Shown here piece after piece: positions 37,208-50,142 of a stretch of DNA of 64,000 bases. This DNA is from Fistulifera solaris (Eukaryota). The DNA is taken from the NCBI GenBank assembly GCA_030295235.1, contig AP026128.1:930001-994000 (forward strand). The letters are read 5' to 3'. The position numbers were made by a program, and so were the translations under genes. Every line of letters starts with the position of its first letter. Within the stretch, counting starts at the first letter, position 1. The notes under the pieces are model-generated. The model was not told the DNA's origin and ran no database searches. It worked only from the letters and a program-made list of their open reading frames with translations.

Positions 37208-40200
37208 ATGTCACAGCTAACGTTTGAAAGGCTACAAGAGGTTCTACTTCGAAAAAAGCAGCAGGAAGAGGAGCGAGCTTCCGATCAAGGACCAGAAGGA
37301 AACCCTCCCCTGGATTTTGATTCCCTCTGGAAAAACCCAGCTTTGTTTCAACAAACGACCCACGTCGATGCCACGCTCTATAAATGTCCTGTCTCGACTC
37401 CTCTATGGACGATTATTCCCTGGAAATCCATTCCACTTCCAGTGCAACAGCAATTGCTGCATCTAAAACCTGAATCAGAAGATACCGTCATTGCGGTGCC
37501 CAGCCGCTACCTTTCGAACAGTGAAAATGCGACGATCACCGCGAACTTGACGAGTAAGCTGACAGAGTACACTCGTGGTCTAGCTGGAAGAGCGCGACCC
37601 TTTCTTCCCGGTGGGATGGATTCTGACAAAGCGAACAAATCACGGGCCGTCGATTCCGACGAGGAACAAGCTGCTTTACAGAAGTCAATTCGCGTTCTTC
37701 AGCAATCGACCAAGCAAAGCTGGAAAGAAGGGATTCTTCTCACGGCGCCGCGCAATGTTGATTTCAAAGTGGGGTTGACGTGGAACGATATCTATGGAGA
37801 TGATGAAGATAGTGATGACGACGAGGCTGTGGGTGACGAGACGAAACAAACTACTCCAGAGCGTTATGCAGAGAAAAAGGACCCGGTTGCGTTTCATACA
37901 CAATCTTTACAAGCTCCAACACTTTTCTCGGCTGGCTTCCTGGACGGAATTGTCGATGATGACTCTTTGTTCAACGACAGCACTAGTAGTGATGAGGATG
38001 ATGAAGAGGAAGAAGAGGATGACCAACGAAAGGACGTGTCACCAACAGAGTCGAAGGATAACAAAGCCGAAGATTCTTACAGTTTGAAGCTACCAGTATT
38101 GAAAGACAAAGGTGATGGAGTTACAATGGAAGTCACTTCAGCCACAATCGAACAAAACGTTGATGACCTTCTATTGGAATTGACCGATGAACCAGTCCCT
38201 TCGCATAATAAACGAAAGGAGATTAATCCGCTAGAGCTGGCGGAGAGGCAGGCTGCTTTGCGCACCAATACAACGCGAAAGTCTTGGGCTACCACTGAAT
38301 TGTTAGATATTCCAGACTGGGATACTTACCTGCCGCAGCCGGCTCTCAAGTATCCATTTGTGTTGGACACTTTTCAACAACAAGCAATTGCACGCTTGGA
38401 ACGAAATGAGGCGGTCTTTGTGGCTGCTCATACTAGTGCGGGAAAAACGGTTGTTGCGGAATATGCTGTAGCCCTTGCCATGCAGCGTGCGACGAGGTGT
38501 GTGTATACTTCGCCCATTAAGGCGTTGAGTAATCAAAAATTTCGAGATTTCGCGCAGAAGTTTGGCGCGGAACGGGTGGGTTTGGTGACTGGTGATCTAC
38601 AAGTCAACGGTACGAACAATGAATGCCTTGCGTTTTGAATCATGCTGCACATCGTCTTACCTTTCTTTTTTCCGCGACAGTCGACGATTCGACTGTGTTG
38701 ATCATGACCACGGAGATATTGCGGAGTATGCTCTATCGGGGTGCAGACCTCATTCGCGACATTGAATTTGTCGTCTTCGATGAGGTCCACTATGTTAATG
38801 ACAGTGAGCGTGGAGTTGTTTGGGAAGAAGTGATAATCATGTTGCCTGCTCAAGTAAATCTGATTTTTTTGAGTGCAACAACACCCAATACCTTTGAATT
38901 TAGTGACTGGATTGGTCGCACCAAAAGACGTATGGTTCATGTTGTCAAAACGGACTATCGTCCCGTTCCATTGTCGCACTTTTTATGGGCTGGAAACAAA
39001 TTACATTTGATTTTGCACGGAAAAGGTGGTTTCCTCGATGGTGGATACTCGGACGCAGCAAACTCTCTGCAGCCCAAGAAATTGAAAGCAGATGGCAAGG
39101 TAAAGCCACAAGCGCCAAAAACGGGATCCAAGCTCATGGCTTGGCAAGCCCAAGGGACAAAGCAGCATTGGATTTCGTTGATTCGTTTTCTTGATCGAGA
39201 GTTATTAACTCCTACCGTCATATTTTCGTTCTCGAAAAGAAATGCGAAGAAATTGCTGATATGTTGCGATCGTTAGATTTAAATACTGAAGCCGAACGAG
39301 GCTCTGTCCAGGGATTTACGTTGCAAGCTATTGCACGTCTTAGCAGCGCCGACGCTAAGCTTCCGCAGGTGCTTGCGATTAGCGAGATGGCTACAAGAGG
39401 AATCGGTGTTCATCATGGAGGACTTCTGCCAATTTTGAAAGAGTACGTTTTATCTTGGAGAAAGCACATGTTAGCGAAACAATGTCGGTTCTCACTCATC
39501 TCTTTGTCGACACAGGTTGGTGGAAATATTGTTTTCAAGAAATCTTATTAAAGTTCTACTGGCGACAGAAACTTTTGCTATGGGTGTAAACATGCCAGCT
39601 AAGAGTGTGGTTTTTAACAGGTAAGGATTAGAGGAAGAAGGATGTGATTATTGATAAACCTCATGCTTACTCAATGTTATTCACGGTTTTAAAAGCGTAC
39701 GGAAACACGATGGCACGCAATTTCGTCAGCTAGAGCCCGGTGAATACACGCAAATGGCAGGGCGAGCTGGTCGACGTGGACTGGACGAGATCGGCACCGT
39801 TATTATCTGTTGCTTTGGTGAGACGCCTCCTCCACAACCCGTGCTTCGCTCTATGCTGACGGGAAAATCGACGCTACTCAAAAGCCAATTTCGATTGACC
39901 TACAACATGATTTTGAACTTGCTTCGTGTAGAAGATATGAGTGTAGAATCGATGATCAAACGTTCTTTTCCGAATTTGCCACACAACGCGCGCTGACAAC
40001 GAAAGAATATCCTCAGCTCTTGGAACGAGGCACTAAAGCACTAGCCAAGCTTGAATCACAGCTGAGTGCGGAATTGAGATTGGGCGCTGAAGATATCGAA
40101 GATTACTTTTCGGTGTGCAGAACTGTTTTAAGTACCAGCAAGGAAGTATTGACTTTCCTGTTTGAGTCGGACCCTGGATCATTTGATGAGCTATTACAAC

Positions 40201-41557
40201 CCGGTCGCATCATTCTCGTGTCAGCTGCTCGTCAATATGATGCAGTGCGAGCACCGGCGGTGGTCTTGAAATTACCCACGAAAGCAAATGCGACATCGCT
40301 CACTGGTGCGAAAACGAACTCGACAAGCCTTGTTTGCTTGATTCTTTTGCCTTCCAGTTACGTTGAATCACATGAACAGGATGAGGGCGGGAAGATAGCC
40401 CCCGCACATATCGGTTATATTGGTCCCCACAAACAACGCTACTATTCGATTCAAGAACTCGATTTGGGACAAATCCTGGCCATATCTACGACCAAATCCA
40501 AAGTGGATGCTAAATTATTATACAAAGAAGACTCATCGACGGTCTCGCGTCCATTTCCCAATGACAACTTCTTTTCCTCAATGACACGTAGCGATCCGTT
40601 TTCGGGAATGAAAGCCTTGGGAAGGAATACTTGGGGAGCTGTCAAAGTAACAAAGGAAGATGAAATGATGGATCAGGTAATCAATCATCTACTGGCTGCG
40701 GAAGATGCGGAGTCAGGTCCATCGGGCGTCCCTACCATCGACTTACAATCATTCGTCAAACGAGGAAATGACGTTATTTATTATCGTGAAGCTTGCGATC
40801 GGATTCGTGATTTGCATGCAATGATGCGGACATTCCAGTCTCACCGACATCCTACTCTTGAAAAGTGGTACAAAGAGATTGAGCGCCGCGAGACACTCCG
40901 TGAGAGAGTTCAACTACTAGAACACACCTTGTCGAACGAGTCGCTATCTCTCTTTCCCGATTTTATGCAACGCAAAGCAGTACTTCGCGAGCTTGGGTAT
41001 ATCAGTGAAAACGAGACGGTGACGGTAAAGGGCGCGTCGCTTGCGAAGTGAACACCTGTGAAGAACTTATTGTTTCGGAAATGATTTTTGACGGTGTTTT
41101 GAATAATATGGCACCGGAAGAAATTGTTGCGTGTCTGAGTGCTCTGGTATTTCAAGAAAAGAAAGACGAAGATTACAGTGACAATACGGCATTACCGGCC
41201 CGTTTGATAGAATGTTGCGAAAAAATGAAAGAAATTGCTGTACAGTTAGGTCAAGTCCAAAAGGAGAATGGACTTGCCATTGACCCAGCGGACTATTGCG
41301 ACCGTGTCTTGAAATTTGGTCTGGTGCACGTCGTCTACGAATGGGCCTGCGGTGTTTCCTTTGCCAGTATCTGCATGCTGACGGAAGTGCAAGAAGGTAG
41401 CATTGTTCGAGCGATGACCCGACTGGATGAACTGTGCCGTGAAGTGCGCAATTGTGCGCGTGTGATTGGCAATCCCACGCTGTACCGTAAAATGGAAGCA
41501 GCGGGTGAAACAATCAAGCGTGATATTGTCTTCGCATCTAGTTTGTACGTAAGCTAA
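37208..41557 (+). CDS. SKI2: Ski2 DExH RNA helicase; introns near 38610-38679, 39443-39515 and 39621-39695; several frameshifts
   Basis: [53 protein letters not shown] terminus. Confidence 0.93.
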
Positions 41558-41596
41558 GCGCAATTGAGTACAATACTTTTTCTAAATCTGTGATTC

Positions 41597-42562
41597 TTAT
41601 TCTTGGTTCTTGAGTTGTAATAGACCGGTCCGTGGATTTCGCACAAATCTTGAAGGTCTCAATAAAGTTTGCAACAAATTATCACTAGGACGACGGATCA
41701 TATCAAAGTACCGATGCAACATGTCGTGCATGACAGCCACTGGTATGTACCTTCCCTTTTCTAACAATCGCTTGATATTGCGTGTCATGAGTTCTTCCAT
41801 ACAAAACTGCCAGTCATCGGGATGGTATTCGATGCGCGTCGGATTGACGAGACAGATTTGTGTCGTCGCATCAAACACGACAAAATGCACCGGTCGCTTT
41901 TGCACATGGGCCATTTCCAACGCCCGCGAGTAATCGGAATCAATTCTTAAGTTGGTATTACCCCACGCCACAGGTTGTGTCGTTGGCACAGATTTGAGTG
42001 CCTGGTACGCCCGTTCAATGGCGCCGGTTCTTGTGAAGAGAGCATCGACACAAAACAAATCCACCGTCGAAGGGAACGACGAACGTGAATGACGCTGTAC
42101 ATCAGCCACTGCCGAAGCAATAACGGCTGCTAGTGGTACTTTGTTGTCTTGATAATTATTTCTTCGTTGCTGTCGTCGCTGTTGTTCTCTCGCAAATTGT
42201 TGTTCCAGTTCGAATTGCAATCGTTGGGCATTCATCTTGCCCGACAAACATGCACACACGGTCCGCAATTCCGCTTGCTCCGGACTGCACAGTCGTTCTC
42301 GAATCGTTTTTCCTACAAGAGTTTGATTGAGTAGTTGCTCTTTGTCGATCACATGATCGAGGGCGAAATACATCCAAGGCAATGGATGATAGACAGCCGG
42401 TTGATCGTCAATAGCAATGTCAAGAATCTGTTGTTCGCGCAACCAGGTCGTTTTTCCCGAACAAGGCGGTCCGACTGTAATATACAAGGGACTTGATGTA
42501 GATGAATCAGTAGATGTAGAAGTGACCATGAGAAGGAAATAATTGTGTAGATTCATTAGCAT
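41597..42562 (-). CDS. P-loop kinase-like protein (AAA_33-like)
   Basis: ITVGPPCSGKTTW Walker A; WGNTN; EL..RN..R...GRYIP. Confidence 0.65.
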   Translation of the reverse strand: MLMNLHNYFLLMVTSTSTDSSTSSPLYITVGPPCSGKTTWLREQQILDIAIDDQPAVYHPLPWMYFALDHVIDKEQLLNQTLVGKTIRERLCSPEQAELRTVCACLSGKMNAQRLQFELEQQFAREQQRRQQRRNNYQDNKVPLAAVIASAVADVQRHSRSSFPSTVDLFCVDALFTRTGAIERAYQALKSVPTTQPVAWGNTNLRIDSDYSRALEMAHVQKRPVHFVVFDATTQICLVNPTRIEYHPDDWQFCMEELMTRNIKRLLEKGRYIPVAVMHDMLHRYFDMIRRPSDNLLQTLLRPSRFVRNPRTGLLQLKNQE

Positions 42563-43042
42563 GCAATGTTGTGAGACGATGCGTGTGTTGTGTGTTGTCG
42601 GATTCTTGCACAGCTTTTTGCATTTTTTTTGCAATGATTTCTGATCGAAACGCAGGCCAGACCACACTATAGCCTCAAGTACTAAGTGCAGGTTCCACTT
42701 TTCACGACTACATTTCAGTCATGAATTAGATGTTTGATACAATATAGTCCATGCTTTCGCATGCTTTACTACCGGTAGTCTATTTTCAAGCCGCAAATCG
42801 ATCCTTCATTATCTTCATAAGAAGAAGTGGATGCATTCCGACTATTTAGTTTTAGCTTTCAGTTGTGTAAAATTGAATGCACTGGCGACATCAACAAAAA
42901 ATACGGAGTATTATAGTACAAGGACGCCTTAACTCTAAACCTTAACTTCGAAGACTCGCCTTCGCAACGCGTCACCATTACTTTTGAAAATCAAAATCCA
43001 TTTCCTATTAGTCTACTCCGTATAACATAACTTGTTAACATC

Positions 43043-43972
43043 ATGATTCAAAATTCTTCTCATTTAGTTTACGCTGGGATTGCAACTATTTTTCTTGCCA
43101 TCGTCGCTGTCGTTGCGTTTCTGTTTCGAAACAGCAAGCAAACAAGCCGACCAGCATTGAGTCCCCCTTTGTCAAGGATATCCCAACCAAAACAGCCCGT
43201 CCCTTTTTCCGCTTCTTCCGTTCATTCGAAATCAGATATTTCAATAACACACAAACAAAACAATCCTTGGCAAGAACGACTGGAGCGGGGCGTCACAAGC
43301 TCAAAGACCAGCACGGCAGTGAAACGAACCAACACTCATGCGTCGTCCAGCGAGGAGAAACCTTTTCAATCGAGTTATTATTACGCACACAACAATCCTT
43401 CCGCGAAAGGAGGGTACAAAGATGGTTTAAGGATGGAAGATTATACAATGAATCAACCGCGGTTGCTCAGTCGGAATGGTTCGCGCGTCAGCAGTAGTAA
43501 TGAGGACTTTCAGCAAAACGAAACAGCCCCATCTTCGATCGAATCTTCCTCAACACAAAACAATCCACGTGTTCTTCCCAAATTGACGCCTACAAAGTAC
43601 ATTTCACGTTATTTATGGGATGATCCTGGAAAACCAAATGGCGTTGCCTCGATTCGGATTGAACAATTACCCGACAAGAATGGGTCCATGGTGGCGTGGA
43701 AGGATTGGCTCGAACAACAAAACTCAACTACGACGACAGCCAACAACCCGCAAATCGACACTCTGCTATCGTCCGACTCCACATCATTGCGTGTCATTAT
43801 CCACGGCCAGGATGGTTGCCTTTACGAATTGAAATTAGATCCCTTGTTTGAAAAAGTCAAAACGGTCACAACGAAAGTCTCGACCAAGCGATTGATTATT
43901 CACTTGCACAAACATGAAAACAAAGGAAAGGTGTGGCCGCACCCGTATCAATCCAAGACGAAAATAAATTGA
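43043..43972 (+). CDS. N-terminally anchored protein with a C-terminal CS/p23-like domain
   Basis: N-terminal TM; SYYYAH; ISRYLWDD; LF..V......KRLIIHLHK..W. Confidence 0.55.
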   Translation: MIQNSSHLVYAGIATIFLAIVAVVAFLFRNSKQTSRPALSPPLSRISQPKQPVPFSASSVHSKSDISITHKQNNPWQERLERGVTSSKTSTAVKRTNTHASSSEEKPFQSSYYYAHNNPSAKGGYKDGLRMEDYTMNQPRLLSRNGSRVSSSNEDFQQNETAPSSIESSSTQNNPRVLPKLTPTKYISRYLWDDPGKPNGVASIRIEQLPDKNGSMVAWKDWLEQQNSTTTTANNPQIDTLLSSDSTSLRVIIHGQDGCLYELKLDPLFEKVKTVTTKVSTKRLIIHLHKHENKGKVWPHPYQSKTKIN

Positions 43973-44230
43973 TTGGTTTGTTAGTCTTGGCTATGTGCTA
44001 AAGAAAGTCAGAAGAAGGGCGGTCGATTATCAATTATGTTTTGTCAGGATATGGCGGTCCACTTTCGATCGCGGTTCAGCATGACAAGACCAAAAGTATA
44101 ATAGCGGCTTTATCTCACCAAAAGAATGTTTGCTTGTAAATGCACTTAGGAGCTTAAACGAAAGGTTATTTCGATAGAACAGAAAGAGATACATACACTG
44201 AAGGCAAGTAAGAACATCAATAAAAATATA

Positions 44231-45178
44231 TTATAGAAAACATTCGTCTACATGGCACCCCCCTTCGGTCGGAATCATCGACGGTGGGTCACTGAAGTCC
44301 GACCAGGAAGGTGAACTGCTGGGGATCAAGGACGGCAGATCACTAGGTACACCCGACGCACCATCATAACCCGAAGGAGCCGATGATGGTACCATAGATG
44401 GTAAGTCGCTGGGCATAGCGGTGTTTGCTTCATCTCCTTCAACTCCGACATCACACACATTCGGACAAACTGTACTGTTGGCACTCTCGGCGATAGAGAA
44501 TTGGCATTTGGCGGGGGCGACGCCTTTGGCGACGGTCACGATGCCTTTTGGTCTAAGTGCGGATTGTACATCCCACTTGATTTCACCATCCCACAGACCA
44601 GAATCCATGGCGGCGGTGTAGCACTGATCAATTTTTAAGCATACATAGGAGTACCCGTCATAGCCCTGGCCCATGGAATCTTCGAAGATTACAACTGGGG
44701 AGGCAGAGCTGGATTGTCCGAGTTTGGCCGACTTTTTCACTGCAGTTTCTGTAGAGAATATGTGCGTCGCGTTGTGCTCACCCGTAAACTCTTCAAGTAC
44801 TGCGCCGCCAGAGGTCGCGTGGGGCATTTCCAAAATTCGAATGGGAACGTTTTCCCAACCATCGCCCCAGCGATCGTGCAAGCGAACGCGATATAGAAAC
44901 TGATCCATGGGGCATCCACCATTTTCGAGCAACATTTCGTCACGTCTCGTGGGCGCCATTGTCGGTGCTGTATTGATGACTTCCTCAGATGTTTCCGAGT
45001 CATCATAATCGAACGGGTTCTTCTCTAGAATAAGGTCGGCGCGGTATGCATCGCGAAGGGCAGCCGCATAGATACTAGGGTCCACCACATCCACCCAAGC
45101 TCGTGCTGAGCATAGAGGAAGGATGGTCGCGGCAATTGCGAGTAGGCTTTGTTTTCCAAGTTGTCGTGTGGCCTTCAT
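44231..45178 (-). CDS. Secreted or cell-surface protein with PSxxPS repeats
   Basis: Signal peptide from MKATRQ; LHDRWGDGW; cysteines; MPSDLPSMVPSSAPS-type tail. Confidence 0.7.
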   Translation of the reverse strand: MKATRQLGKQSLLAIAATILPLCSARAWVDVVDPSIYAAALRDAYRADLILEKNPFDYDDSETSEEVINTAPTMAPTRRDEMLLENGGCPMDQFLYRVRLHDRWGDGWENVPIRILEMPHATSGGAVLEEFTGEHNATHIFSTETAVKKSAKLGQSSSASPVVIFEDSMGQGYDGYSYVCLKIDQCYTAAMDSGLWDGEIKWDVQSALRPKGIVTVAKGVAPAKCQFSIAESANSTVCPNVCDVGVEGDEANTAMPSDLPSMVPSSAPSGYDGASGVPSDLPSLIPSSSPSWSDFSDPPSMIPTEGGCHVDECFL

Positions 45179-45618
45179 GGTGAAAGCTATTCGTTCGGTC
45201 GTAATGGAAGAAGGAGGAATATTTTGTGAGAATGATTTTTGCGCGATGCCTGAAATTTTGAAGGGCAACGGCTCGTTTGGTTCACCCGGCGCGATAATCC
45301 GTGTTTGGCAATAATGAGAGTAGCGTACCGGTACTGAAGGTAAACTATAGTCAATAGTCACACCTAAAATTGTAGGCTAGAAAACTGAAACCTCTCGCTC
45401 CAACGCTTTGCGAAATCAAAATTTACGTGGTACATAGACTAGCTTGACACTAGAGAGAGCCACCATCAATCCTCGGAAATAGAATCGAAATAACAAGAAA
45501 TCTGCGGAAGAAGAGAGAGCTCTCATACAGGACCTGGAATTCCTAGAGACGAATTAAGTAAATTAACTATTACATTCCAATTTATATTCCAGTACTCCGG
45601 AGTATTTTTTTAACCGAA

Positions 45619-47008
45619 CTATTCTTTGGCTTCTTCCATTGTTACATCTTCCCATGATTCAATGACATCGCGCATTTCCTCGTCCTCACATCGTCGCAAA
45701 TGAAGTACTTCTCGCAAAAAGTTTCCACAGGCATGCGGCGGTACCTTAGTACAAGAGCTGCACCAGTTGGTCTTGGTGCAAATTTGCTTTCCCGTATGTA
45801 CCGACGGCAGCAAAAATCCGCAGCGCACACAGGACTCCCCCGGCTCGGCGTCCCGAAACGGTCCAAACCGCTCACTGTTGCGACTGTTGCTGCTGCCCGA
45901 ATCCAACACACTCTGTGCCGCAAGTACACCGACAGCCGCGGGCATGTCCCACAATTTAGCCGTGTTACCCAACAGATGTTCGGGGATAGTGCGGAGACGA
46001 TCTAATCGAATTTCTTTGCTAAAGTCGTCGACACTTTGACAAATTCGCAAACGGTGCTCGTCTTCACGTTCGTACTGTCGCCGAATGTTATGAAATCGAT
46101 TCTTGATACCATTATCGGTTCGTCCCGGAATGATTTTACTCATTTTTGCCCAATGACTACCGATCTTTTCGTACAAATAGAATACAGTGGCATCTTCGGG
46201 AACTCCCCAATCGGTGACTTTGAGGCGCGGATTCAAGTGATTGACGTAGCGCTCTCGACACTGTTTTCCCGTGCGTTCGGGTAGACTTTGTGCGACCACC
46301 GTCCATTTCATCGGCCATTGCATCGAGTGAACAATGTTGAGAAGTAATTCATCCTCTTGTTTCGACCATGCCTTGGGACCTGTCTTGCGCTTGTCCTTGC
46401 CATTGCTGTTATCCGCCTCACTCGGGGGTGCGGCCGGTCCACCGAAATATCCAATGGGCGGAGGATAGGGGTACATCATTCCGTACGGCGGATAACCATA
46501 GGGATGCGGTGGATAAGGAGGATACTGACCCGGGGGCGGCATGGAAGGAGGAGGACCAACTTCGGGTGGTGGAGGAGCATTTCTTCTTGCGAGATCTGCT
46601 GCATCGGACTTTTCCGTCGCATCCGGAGGCCCCGCTCCGCCAGAAGTTGTATTCGATTCCCCGATGCGTACCCATTCGTTGTCTCCGTCTTGATATTCGA
46701 GCAAATGTTCTCCTGTACTGGCATCAAACTGACGCACTGTGCCGGTATACCAACTCGAATCGATCGGCCAGAAGACGCGTACTTTCTTTCCGATCATACA
46801 ATTGTTGCAGAATCTAAGAGGATAGTATGTAAGATTTGTTCATTATTCGAGAAACCAGTCGACGATGATTTGTAGCGACGAATCAAACGCACCTTAATTT
46901 GGTTGCCGTTGGTTTGCCGAGACCGTCAGGGTCATCACAAGCGAGCAGCGGTACTCCTGTTGCTCGACATTGCGCGCAACTTCCATCGTTTTCTTCTATA
47001 GAGGGCAT
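45619..47008 (-). CDS. R2R3-MYB transcription factor with N-terminal Cys4 finger and Tudor domain; intron 46814-46892
   Basis: Exon 1 CAQC splices to FCNNC; IGKKVRVFWPIDSSWYTG..YQDGDNEW; WSKQED..RTGKQCRERY..GRTDNGIKNRF. Confidence 0.88.
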
Positions 47009-47454
47009 TTGCTTTGTTACGGTTTGAGATGAAGATGATGTCGAAAGCAGGTTGAGAAAGAGTGATCGGCAATCGATCCAAATGTTTCAAATAATCATGT
47101 TTCAAATCAGCACACGCAAACGGACCGTTCAAATGGATGATGCTTTCCGTTGCAACAGCCAGCACATGCGGAGCCAGCAAACCAACGGACCCAACGTCGC
47201 AACGCGGACGAGGTTAAACGCTATTGGCTCTACGTCATTCTGTACAACGAAGGACAGACGATGTGCGCAGCTCGGATTCTACACATTATGTCATAGTGCG
47301 CCTACGACGTTCAACGTCTACTCAACCAACACCCTTAACCGTAATGCTGTGGCAATAGCATACTGAAAAACGTAAAAATTCTGCCTCCCAGTACAAGATT
47401 CTACGTAGCGTCCACGACGCGGGAGAATTTTAACGCCGTTTCGTAGGCGTTCCT

Positions 47455-47808
47455 CTAGTGCCTCACAGCAGAGCGTATCCAAAACACGTGTATCCAACTG
47501 TACAACGTTTTTGTAGAAACTGAGTACCGGTGCGGATACAATGGATACACCATTACTATAAAGTTATTCTGTAGGAGCGAGTAAAATAGCTCCGTTAAGG
47601 ATAAAATTATCGTGACTTTTCATCGTTTTCATCGTGCTCTTTTGCATTGGCGAAAGCTGGTCTACACATGGCGACCACATTCAAATTACTACTAGAAATG
47701 CTGTATCCAGGTGGATACATTTTGTGTCGTACTGGTATGCTTGGATACACGTTTACTACTGTTGTATCCAATGTATCCCTGGGGATACGCTCTGCTGTGA
47801 GGCACTAG
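47455..47808. mobile_element. MITE (354 bp) with perfect 26-bp terminal inverted repeats
   Basis: CTAGTGCCTCACAGCAGAGCGTATCC (47455-47480) and its exact reverse complement (47783-47808); at least 8 internal TGTATCC/GGATACA repeats; no credible ORF. Confidence 0.88.
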
Positions 47809-47927
47809 TTTCATTTCTTAAATAAAGGTGCGACAAGCGACGAGATAGGTTGATGTGATGTACTTATTGTAATACGTAGCAATTACCCCTAAAACAATAA
47901 CAAAGTAACGAAAAACGATTGAGAACA

Positions 47928-48755
47928 ATGGTGTGTGGTCGTAGTTTCGTTCAGAGTCGGGCATTTTTACTCTGTTTTCTACCGGTAATTCTTCATTGTC
48001 AGGCCTGGACCGCCCTCCAATCTCACCGTTCGTCTTCTTCTTCTCACGAGAAGGAAAATTCATCATCCAACACAATCACCATACTAGGATTCGGGTCGCT
48101 GTTATCAGAAAACAGTTCACGATTGACATTCCCCGACTTGCTCAACTTTCGACTCGTACGTGTTCCGCATTACCGTCGTGTGTTCGGACACGTCGCATCC
48201 ATTTTCTTTCAAAGGAAGATTGCTCGAAAAGAAACTCTGGAAATGGCCAGTCTTTCCGTCGAATATGTCGATCACAATTATCCTGGCTTTCTAGCGGCTG
48301 CTTTTGAAGTAGCGGCGGATGAACTAATGGCGGACGGTATTCCATCACAGCCTTTTTTAGAACGAGAAGAAGAGTTTGATATTATCACCGTTCCGTATGT
48401 TCCAGTTGATCCTGTTTCGCAGAAAGTAATTGCGGGACCATCCCAACAGGGAGTTATTTGTCAGCGAGGATCCGACGAACTTTACATACAACGATGGGGT
48501 CAAGATCGATTTCAGGAATACTATGGGCAATATGGCATTCAAACTATTTGGAACTGGACGGAAGGATTGCGACCATGTCCCGTTTATTTGCGTCACTGCT
48601 ATTTGGCGGCGGAGAAACTGGGTTGCTTAGATTCTTTCTTGGATGAAACATATCTAGTTGACAGAACAACGAAGTAACGCTATTACATGAGAGAGAATCC
48701 AAAAATATTAGAGGAACGCCCTCCACCCGAGCTTGCCAGTCGTTATAGCGGATAA
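47928..48755 (+). CDS. Gamma-glutamylcyclotransferase-like fold protein, probably plastid-targeted; in-frame TAA at 48675
   Basis: ILGFGSLLSE.S, YRRVF.H, EREEEF, PCPVYLRHC, FLDETYLVDR; frame continues after TAA to PPPELASRYSG*. Confidence 0.7.
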
Positions 48756-48892
48756 TAAATCACTTTTATTATCACTTAAACCAGAACGAATGTTGCGTCA
48801 ACTGAGACACACTTCATTCATACGGAATATGTAGTTATACCAATGGGATTTTAGTGCGGAAATGCTTTGAGAGGCAAACTTCCGATAGGTCA

Positions 48893-49443
48893 TCATGCTA
48901 CGGCATGGGCCACGGAGGAAAACAGATAGAATATAACAATATACCCAGGAATTGTGCTAAATAAAACAAAGAACCCTTTCATCGGAAAGACAAAGGGATA
49001 AATGGCTCTGGATGCGGAATAGATACATGCGATCGTGAATGATTGCGATGAATCAACGAATACGGCGTGCATCCAATATAACGGCAAGAACATAACGGCA
49101 AATTCCATGAAATTTCCGACGGCACGATCTCCAGTCAAAGCAAGCTGATGGAATAAAAAAAAGTGACGAGAAAGAAACGGCAATATACATCATTAGGCGT
49201 GAACGCAATGTCACTTTGCAAACGAGCGAGTGTACGACGTACCGTATCATCAGAGTTGTAGTATTTCACTTTTCGAAAGGATAGTTTCTTGTCTTTCATT
49301 TCCCTTCGTTTTTGGTGAGCCAAATAGAACTTGCTGAAAGATTGAAATGTTAAGAAACTTCCGTAGACACTGAGATAGAGCAGTGTGCCTTGAACGGTAC
49401 CTCTGAACGCATTGAAGGAATAGGATGCTTCTCCGTTGCTCAT
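48893..49443 (-). CDS. MAPEG-family membrane protein; intron 49145-49242
   Basis: DRAVGNFME and YSASRAIYP motifs, four TM segments, in-frame splice. Confidence 0.75.
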
Positions 49444-50142
49444 TTGTTTGCAGGTGAGACTATTCAGTTACTAAAGAAAGAAATTATTCAGCGCTAAGAT
49501 GAATGAAGATGGTTTATGTTTTGCTCCGTATGTTTGATGTTTGATGAGTGATGAGTGATGAGTGATGAGGAAAATGAAATGGAACGACGATGAATGATGG
49601 TGACAACCATCGAAAAAGAATACAGTGTAATAAGTAGCGTAGGGGGATAAGGTTACGTGTTAAGTCTACGGCAATAACCTTTAACCTTTGCCAGTCATTA
49701 GCAAAAGGCCTATAGCCTATAGAGATCAAAGCTGTTTTGTTTCTTTTATGACCTGATCTGGCGTGTGGCCTTTTGACTCCGGACTCCGGACATCGGACAT
49801 TCGGACGGTTTACCGTTTACTTGTACTTTGTGTAGAATCCCTCTAAAACCATTTCTCCGAAAGTCATTGAAGAACGCATTCTTATAAATACGCCTTCTGC
49901 TTTTCATCCTACTCATTTCACGAAAGAAGATGTTCTTGTTATGGACTATAAAGTATACCTTACAAACTCTTTTTGGTTTTTTTGGTCATTGGTCATTGCT
50001 TCTGTTCGTAAATTCACTCTTCTTCGTTCTGTATTCTGTATTCTGCATTCTGCACTCTGCACTCTGCACTCTGCACACGTCACACCGACCCCTGTGAGCG
50101 GAAACAACTCTTCACAAAAATAAAACGAACGAAACTATCACC

